From Macrostomum hystrix (taxonomy: Eukaryota; Animalia; Platyhelminthes), in contig CATNEN010000038.1 in assembly GCA_950097015.1 (NCBI GenBank), forward strand, positions 32,736,001 to 32,800,000: a stretch of DNA of 64,000 nt, written 5' to 3'. The notes below the pieces were generated by a model. That model did not search any database. It saw only the letters and a list, made by a program, of their open reading frames with translations, and had not been told where the DNA came from. This document shows, one piece after another, positions 52,401-60,500 of this stretch (positions are counted from its first letter, which is position 1; each line of letters begins with the position of its first letter). Made by a program: the position numbers and the translations under genes.

Positions 52401-54496
52401 CATGAGGGACTACATGGAGCTAGTGAGTTTTTGTGTCATTTATGTAGAAATCATCCTTTTCAATCAGGTAGATTACTGTCTCGGAATCTTCAGGTAGATT
52501 ACAGTTTCAGAATCTTCAGGTAGATTACAGTTTCAGAATCTTCAGGAAGATTTGAGTATCAGAATCTTCAGGTAGATTACAGTTTCGGAATCTTCAGGTA
52601 GATTAGAGTTTCAAAATCTTCAGATAGATTACAGTTTCAGAATCTTCAGGTAGATTACAGTTTCAGAATCTTCAGGTAGATTTGAGTATCAGAATCTTCA
52701 GGAAGATTTGAGTATCAGAATCTTCAGGTAGATTACAGTTTCAGAATCTTCAGGTAGATTTGAGTATCAGAATCTTCAGGTAGATTACAGTTTCAGAATC
52801 TTCAGGTAGATTACAGTTTCAGAATCTTCAGGTAGATTACAGTTTCGGAATCTTCAGGTAGATTACAGTTTCGGAATCTTCAGGTAGATTACAGTTTCAG
52901 AATCTTCAGTTAGATTACAGTTTCGGAATCTTCAGGTAGATTTGAGTATCAGAATATTCAGGTAGATTACAGTTTCAGAATCTTCAGGTAGATTTCATTT
53001 TCGGAATCTTCAGGTAGATTACAGTTTCGGAATAGATTTCATGTAGAGTTTCAGGTAAATTACAGTTTTAGAATCAGGTCGATTTGAGCAGTGGAATAAA
53101 TCAACTTCAATTCCATCTCCTTTCTGTCAGAGCCAGACGGTAGCAGCCGCAGCGGCTAGCGAGACCTCCGCCAAGCAGCCGCATCGCATTGAAGTTGTTG
53201 ACAAAGATGACGAAATGCAGCAACGACTGAGAGCTGAACTGCCTACGGTTGCGGAGCAGGATGCTCAGGGCTACGTCTATGAGCTCATCGGAGTGACCGT
53301 GCACACAGGTATGCCGATTTAGTTATGAGCTGTAGCCACTAGATCCATCAGTAGCCAATAGATCCATCAGTAGCCACTAGATCCATCAGTAGCCACTAGA
53401 TCCATCAGTAGCCAATAGATCCATCAGTAGCCACTAGATCCATCAGTAGCCACTAGATCCATCAGTAGCCACTAGATCCATCAGTAGCCACTAGATCCAT
53501 CAGTAGCCACTAGATCCATCAGTAGCCACTAGATCTATCAGTTGCCTGTTGATCCATTAGTAGTCATTTTTGTATTTCTAAATTGTTTTCCTAGGCACAG
53601 CAGACGGTGGTCACTACTACAGCTACATTCGGGACCGTCTATCGCCAGACAGTGATCGCTGGCTGTGGTTCAACGATTCCGAAGTTCGGCCATTCGATCC
53701 TAGCCAGATACCAGTGGAGTGCTTCGGTGGAGAAGTGTCCAGCAAAGCTTACGATTCTATGCAGGTGTGTTTAATATAGACTCAGGCTATTCACTTTTTT
53801 ACTTGAACAGTATCTTCTGGTAGATATCAGCAGTGTCTTTAGGTAGATTTGAGTAGCATCTTTAGGTAGATTTGAGCAGTATCTTTAGGTAGATTTGAGC
53901 AGTATCTTTAGGTAGATTTGAGTAGCATCTTTAGGCAGATTTGAGCAGTGTCTTCAGATAGATTTGAGCAGTATCTACAGGTAGATTTGAGCAGTATCTA
54001 CAGGTAGATTTGAACAGTATCTACAGGTAGATTTGAGCAGTATCTACAGGTAGATTTGAGTAGCATCTTTAGGCAGATTTGAGCAGTGTCTTCAGATAGA
54101 TTTGAGCAGTATCTACAGGTAGATTTGAGCAGTATCTACAGGTAGATTTGAGCAGTATCTACAGGTAGATTTGAACAGTATCTACAGGTAGATTTGAGCA
54201 GTATCTACAGGTAGATTTGAGCAGTATCTACAGGTAGGTTTAAGCAGTATCTACAGGTAGATTTGAGCAGTATCTACAGGTAGGTTTGAGCCGTATCTTC
54301 AGATAGAATTGAGCACTTGGAAAATTTTCATTTTAAATTTAAACAGAAAAGTATTAGTTTATTGGCGCAAATTAAAACTGTTATTGTTTGGCTTATATTG
54401 CAGGATCGTTTTATGGACTTTTCCTTTGAGCGAACTAACAGTGCCTACATGTTATTCTACGAGCATGTACCTCTGGACCAGCAGCAGCAGCAGCAT

Positions 54497-54528
<32 letters not shown>

Positions 54529-57500
54529 AAGTCTATCCAGCATTCCTCGACGCCGATTTAATTTCGATTTGCCGCCAGAATTAGCCGACGCCGTATGGCA
54601 GGACAACAAGTCCTATCTGCAGGACAGAAACATCTTCAATCACATGTACTTTAACTTTATGTTTCAAGTGTGCGCCTACCTCAGGAACACTGTGCCTTCG
54701 GATGATCAGGTGGGTGCCGGCGCCTTTTGAGTTGCCTGTCTGCCATATCTTGTCTCAGTGTCTGTGTTATCCTGTCTCAGTGTCTGTGTTATCCTGTCTC
54801 AGTGTCTGTGTTATCCTGTCTCAGTGTCTGCCTTATCCTGTCTCAGTGTCTGCCTTATCCTGTCTCAGTGTCTGTGTTATCCTGTCTCAGTGTCTGTGTT
54901 ATCCTGTCTCAGTGTCTGTGTTATCCTGTCTCAGTGTCTGTGTTATCCTGTCTCAGTGTCTGTGTTATCCTGTCTCAGTGTCTGTGTTATCCTGTCTCAG
55001 TGTCTGTGTTATCCTGTCTCAGTGTCTGTGTTATCCTGTCTCAGTGTCTGTGTTATCCTGTATTAGTGTCTGCCTTATCCTGTCTCAGTGTCTGCCTTAT
55101 CCTGTCTCAGTGTCTGTGTTATCCTGTCTCAGTGTCTGTGTTATCCTGTCTCAGTGTCTGTGTTATCCTGTATTAGTGTCTGCCTTATCCTGTCTCAGTG
55201 TCTGTGTTATCCTGTCTCAGTGTCTGTGTTATCCTGTCTCAGTGTCTGTGTTATCCTGTCTCAGTGTCTGTGTTATCCTGTCTCAGTGTCTGTGTTATCC
55301 TGTCTCAGTGTCTGTGTTATCCTGTCTCAGTGTCTGTGTTATCCTGTCTCAGTGTCTGTGTTATCCTGTCTCAGTGTCTGTGTTATCCTGTATTAGTGTC
55401 TGTGTTATCCTGTATTAGTGTCTGTGTTATCCTGTCTCAGTGTCTGTGTTATCCTGTCTCAGTGTCTGTGTTATCCTGTCTCAGTGTCTGCCTTATCCTG
55501 TCTCAGTGTCTGTGTTATCCTGTATTAGTGTCTGCCTCAGTGTCTGTGTTATCCTGTCTCAGTGTCTGTGTTATCCTGTCTCAGTGTCTGTGTTATCCTG
55601 TCTCAGTGTCTGTGTTATCCTGTATTAGTGTCTGCCTTATCCTGTCTCAGTGTCTGTGTTATCCTGTCTCAGTGTCTGTGTTATCCTGTCTCAGTGTCTG
55701 TGTTATCCTGTCTCAGTGTCTGTGTTATCCTGTATTAGTGTCTGCCTTATCCTGTCTCAGTGTCTGTGTTATCCTGTCTCAGTGTCTGTTTTATCCTGTC
55801 TCACCCTGTCTCAGTGTCTGTCTCATTCTGTCTCACCCTGTCTCAGTGTCTATCTCATTCTGTCTCACCCTGTCTCAGTGTCCGTCTCATCGCCCTCCCA
55901 TTGTGGCCAGGTGTTCTTCAAGACGGCCCGCCTAACGTGCAGTTTCATCCTGGAGACGCTAGTCCACGCCAAGGAGAAGTTGAACCTAGTGCAGTGGATT
56001 GAAATCATGGACAAGATGCTGCTGCTGTGTCCGCCAGTGTGCGACTGGTTTCTAACCACAATGGCTGAGGACGACTGGTGGCTGCGCCAGATTCTGGTGG
56101 CCTGTCCCAGTCCTAAAATGAGAGAAATTTTCAGCCGATTCTGTCTAGAAGTTGTCAACAAAGTCCGTCAACGCCAGCCTGAGCTGCTTAGCGACAATGT
56201 CACCAGCTTCATCAGGATGCTGCTCTGCGCGTTAGACCAGCGCTCAATGCAGCAGCACTGTCGCCATCTGGACGAGTACTTCACCCTGCTGTTGAGACTG
56301 TCCGATGGACACCTGGAGACAGCTTTCATGCTGGAGAACTGTGCAATATCCCGACTTGTACACTTCTGCCTCATGACCAGAACCGGGCACCATTCCAGCG
56401 GCGGCGGACCCAATGCGGCCGTCATTGTGGACTCTCCTGCTGCAGCAGCGGCAGTCGCTCCTACCGCAGCTCCTCCCCAGCCATGCGAAACTGACGACGA
56501 ATTGACTCTAGACATCGCTTCGGCCAGGCAAGGCCAGGGTCACTTTGAGAAGCTGGGTGAGTTCATCTGTACGACCCGCAGCCAGCGGGGAGGCTATTAT
56601 TCCCCTGAGCATTATTAAATCCAGAATCTAACCCATCAATGTCTCACCATGCCCCAGGCGAAGTTGTCGAATTCCTTCTCAGTCGAGCTGCCATCGATCC
56701 GGCTTCGTTTCCGCTCTCGAATGAAGACCGGCAGGCTATACTGCCCAATCTGCAGCAGCAGCAGCAGCAGCAGCAGGTGGGATCCAACCAGGTGCTGTTC
56801 CCGTTCATATTCTTCTTCATCAGGCAGTGCGCCACTGGTTCCGGTATTCGCAGCGCCATCGCCATGGTTCTGTCAGCCTGCCGACTAGATTCAGCGGCCT
56901 ACGCCGAGCCCCTGATGGTCACCTTGCTGCAGGGCATGGCCAGTCAGGAGGGTGAGGCCTTTCAAAACTTTGTCAAAGTTCTCACGCCGCTGATGGATCC
57001 CGGATTGAGACTGACGCCGGAAGCTGCTGCTGCTGCTGGCTCTTCATCATCGTCATCATCAGCAGCGTCTTCTAGTTCAACAGACGAAGCCGGCTTTGTA
57101 CAGCTGGTTATGCGGCACATCTGGTCAGCTGTGCAGTTTGGCAAGTCACCCGCCTACTGCGTTGAATGGCTGGCCACTCAGGTGGGCTCAATTATTATGT
57201 ACATGTGAAACTTTTCAACAATTCGTATTCTTTTTTTCTATTCTACACACCTCATTGTTTAAACTTACTTGTCTGAAGAAGCTAAAGAACCCTCCCAGAC
57301 AATCAACCCCTTTGGTGCACAATACATTTGGTCCGATTGGGTTATAATAATAATAATAATTGCGGGAGGGCTGCAAGCAATGGAACATCATTTGGTAACA
57401 CTTGAACTTCAGCCAGCGAGGAGGCAATTCTGCCCATTTAGCTGACTCCTCAGCACACTGTCACAGGTGTGTACATCTGGCCTGACTTTCTCATCGTCAA

Positions 57501-60500
57501 GCAGTGTACACTCTCATAGTGCCTTGGAGGTTGGCCCTCAAGGGCGTAAACTGCACGACAAGCCCCCAAGCCTTCTCTCCGCGGCTGCGCCCTAATTTAA
57601 TGTGGCCTCGCCGCGAAATCGAGCTCAGGGACCTTGGTGAGAGAGGCGAACGCGTTAATCGCTCTGCCACCGACCCCTGTCCAATTGTGCGAGGCGTGGT
57701 TCAACAATGTCCACTGTACCGCCGGAACTCCTCCTTCGGAGTTATTAAACAAAAAAAGAAATTTTGGAACTGAAAAAAAATTAATAAAAGTCCTGAACCC
57801 AACAGAAAAATCGCCTGCATTATTCCTAACTCGCTACTCACACTCAGTAGTGAGTAGCATGTGTAGTATCAAGCTTCTGATAATAATGAAAACCGCTGAT
57901 TCTCGCATTCGCAGGCGATGCGCAGTCCAGCTGTTCAGCGGCACCTATTAGAATCGCGCCAGCACTGGCTGACGGCCCATCTGATCTTTCATCCGAATCT
58001 GAAAGTTCGTCAGGCTACTTTTCTATTGTTCTCTCACCTGTTGCCAGTCAGGTCTCAGGTGAGAATTCAAGATTTAAGCTCGGCCAGATGCAAACTAGCC
58101 GTCGTGTCGCCGTGCACAGCCGGCGGTCGGCTGTCAGTGTGCAGCCCTGAGCAGCGTGCTCTGTTTGCCGACCTACTCAGACTGCTTCTCACCTGCCTAG
58201 CCGACATTCGACACGGCTCATCGTCTGGCTCCGGCGGTGGCGGCGCCGGGGGCAGCGGCGGCAGCGGCTCCGAGCGCAGCGAGCACTCCTGCTTTGTGCC
58301 CTATTTCAACTCGATGACGCTCTGCCTGGTGTCACCAGAAGAAAAGCGAATGGTGCCTAGCTGCTTTTGATCTATCTGCCTGTTTTCCTTCCCCTTATAA
58401 TCTACTCCCACCTTTCCTAATCCCCTTTCCATCTTCCCCACCTTCCCTACTCCCCTTTCCCATCTTCCCACCTTCCCTACTCCCCCTTCCCATCTTCACA
58501 CTTTCCTACTCCCCTACTACTACCCTTTCCCATCTTCCAACCTTCCCTACTCCCCTTTCCCATCTTCCCACCTTCCCTACTCCCCCTTCCCATCTTCACA
58601 CTTTCCTACTCCCCTACTACTACCCTTTCCCATCTTCCAACCTTCCCTACTCCCCTTTCCCATCTTCCCACCTTCCCTACTCCCCTACTCCCCTTTCCCA
58701 TCTTCCCACCTTCCCTACTCCCCTTTCCCATCTTCCAACCTTCCCTACTCCCCTACTCCCCTTTCCCATCTTCCCACCTTCCCTATTCCCCTTTCCATCT
58801 TCCCACCTTCCCTACTCCCCTTTCCCATATTCCCCACCTCAATTCCCCTTTCCCATATCTAGCATCATACGAGTATTTATCTTACTAACTCGCTCCACAA
58901 TTTCTAGGTAACGCCTCACCTTGCCGATCTCTGGGACGCATTTTTTCCCCGGATCTTGTCCGTTGAGATTTCCAATCACGGCAACAAATACGCTATACTT
59001 AACTTTCTGCATACGGCCTGCACCGACTGTCAGGAGAATGTGGCGGCACTGCTGGCCAATCAGAAGGTTTTCAACCAGATCTGCACAAACTATATCTTGT
59101 GAGTTATGAAATAGCTGGATTTGTGAAACAATGATTTCTGAATTATGTGGCATTAAAATATTATAATTTATCTGATGGGGATGCTATGGAATTCAAGAGG
59201 TGGGAATATTCAACTTATAAAAAATTGTCAAAGATACGCGTCCTGCGACGCTGAAGTATTGTGATCTATCCCATAATTCCATATTTGTCCTTCAAAACGT
59301 ACTTCAGATCTGACATGGACGACAGTGAAGTAATATTCTACAATCGCTGCATGCTGCCGGCTTATTACGGCCTGCTGCGTCTGCTCTGCTTGGCGTCTCC
59401 GAAATTCACCGCCAACCTGTGCCGGCACACCAATGTGAGCTGGTCTCTGCGGTTCATTGCGCCTTATTCAACGCACTATGGCCCGGCTAGCGACGAGCTG
59501 CTCAGACTGTGCGAGGTAATGCTAATTAGCGGGCGCGCTCGACGACCTGCTGGCAGCGAAACCAACGGCGAGGAGAACAATGGGGAACGGGTCGACGTGA
59601 CGGCGGAGGAGAATCAGCGTAACGACGATGATAGCGTGTCGGCCGCCTTTCGTACGCAAACTATGACGGTACTCAACGTCTGGGAGATTGGCGCTAACCA
59701 AGTTGCTCCTCTGCTCAGGTGGGTAAAATAAATTCTCATTCGGCTTTTCAAGCAGACCCTCGTTAACTCCGACTCCACTCCGTTTCTCTTCATCAGCCGA
59801 CACCGACCCCACTCCGCTTTTTCGCCCTAGCCGACACCCACCTCACTCCGCTTTTCTGCCCTAGCCGACACCCACCTCACTCCGCTTTTCTGCCCTAGCC
59901 GACACCCACCCCACTCCGCTTTTTCGCCCTAGCCGACACCCACCTCACTCCGCTTTTCTGCCCTAGCCGACACCGACTCACTCCACTTCTCTGCCCCAGT
60001 CGACACCCACCCACTCCGCTTCTCTGCCCCAACCGACACCCAACCCACTCCGCTTTTCTGCCCCACTCTATCCTCTTCTACTACTTTTTCACATTTTTTC
60101 ACTGCCAGCCACTACGCACTAATTTCTATTATTTGGTTTGCAACGTCTTTCAGGCTGTGCAAAGTCCTACTCGAACGAGACTCCGACTATATCGAATTCA
60201 TGGAGCTGAACAATCTGCCAGTCCTTGCTGACGCATTCTTCACCTTACACACAATGTTCTTCGACTCTGAGGGCTGCTTCGTCTACGAAGAGATGCTTCA
60301 ACTATTGTGCATTATCAATACTTGTCTTCGAGTTGGCCTAGACTATATTGAACGGCGCAGAGATGTCACCGTGCGGAAAACTATTTTTTACGGGCACAAA
60401 AACCGGCGAAGCCTGCTGGATCTGCCTAATAAACTGCTCAGTCTGCTCAGCAGCTTTGTGGTGCCGGATATTAGAGGCGCGGCTATTGGTGAGCAGAGCT

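Noticed and set aside
54702-55935. Cys-rich ORFs ([12 protein letters not shown])
   Set aside because: 22-bp minisatellite in USP34 intron 21; the true exon begins at 55911.
57595-57676. Possible tRNA gene, or hammerhead ribozyme in the adjacent SINE body
   Set aside because: B-box and acceptor stem are degenerate and the sequence is attached to a dispersed repeat body; no complete CUGAUGA/GAAA hammerhead core with matching stems was found by eye.
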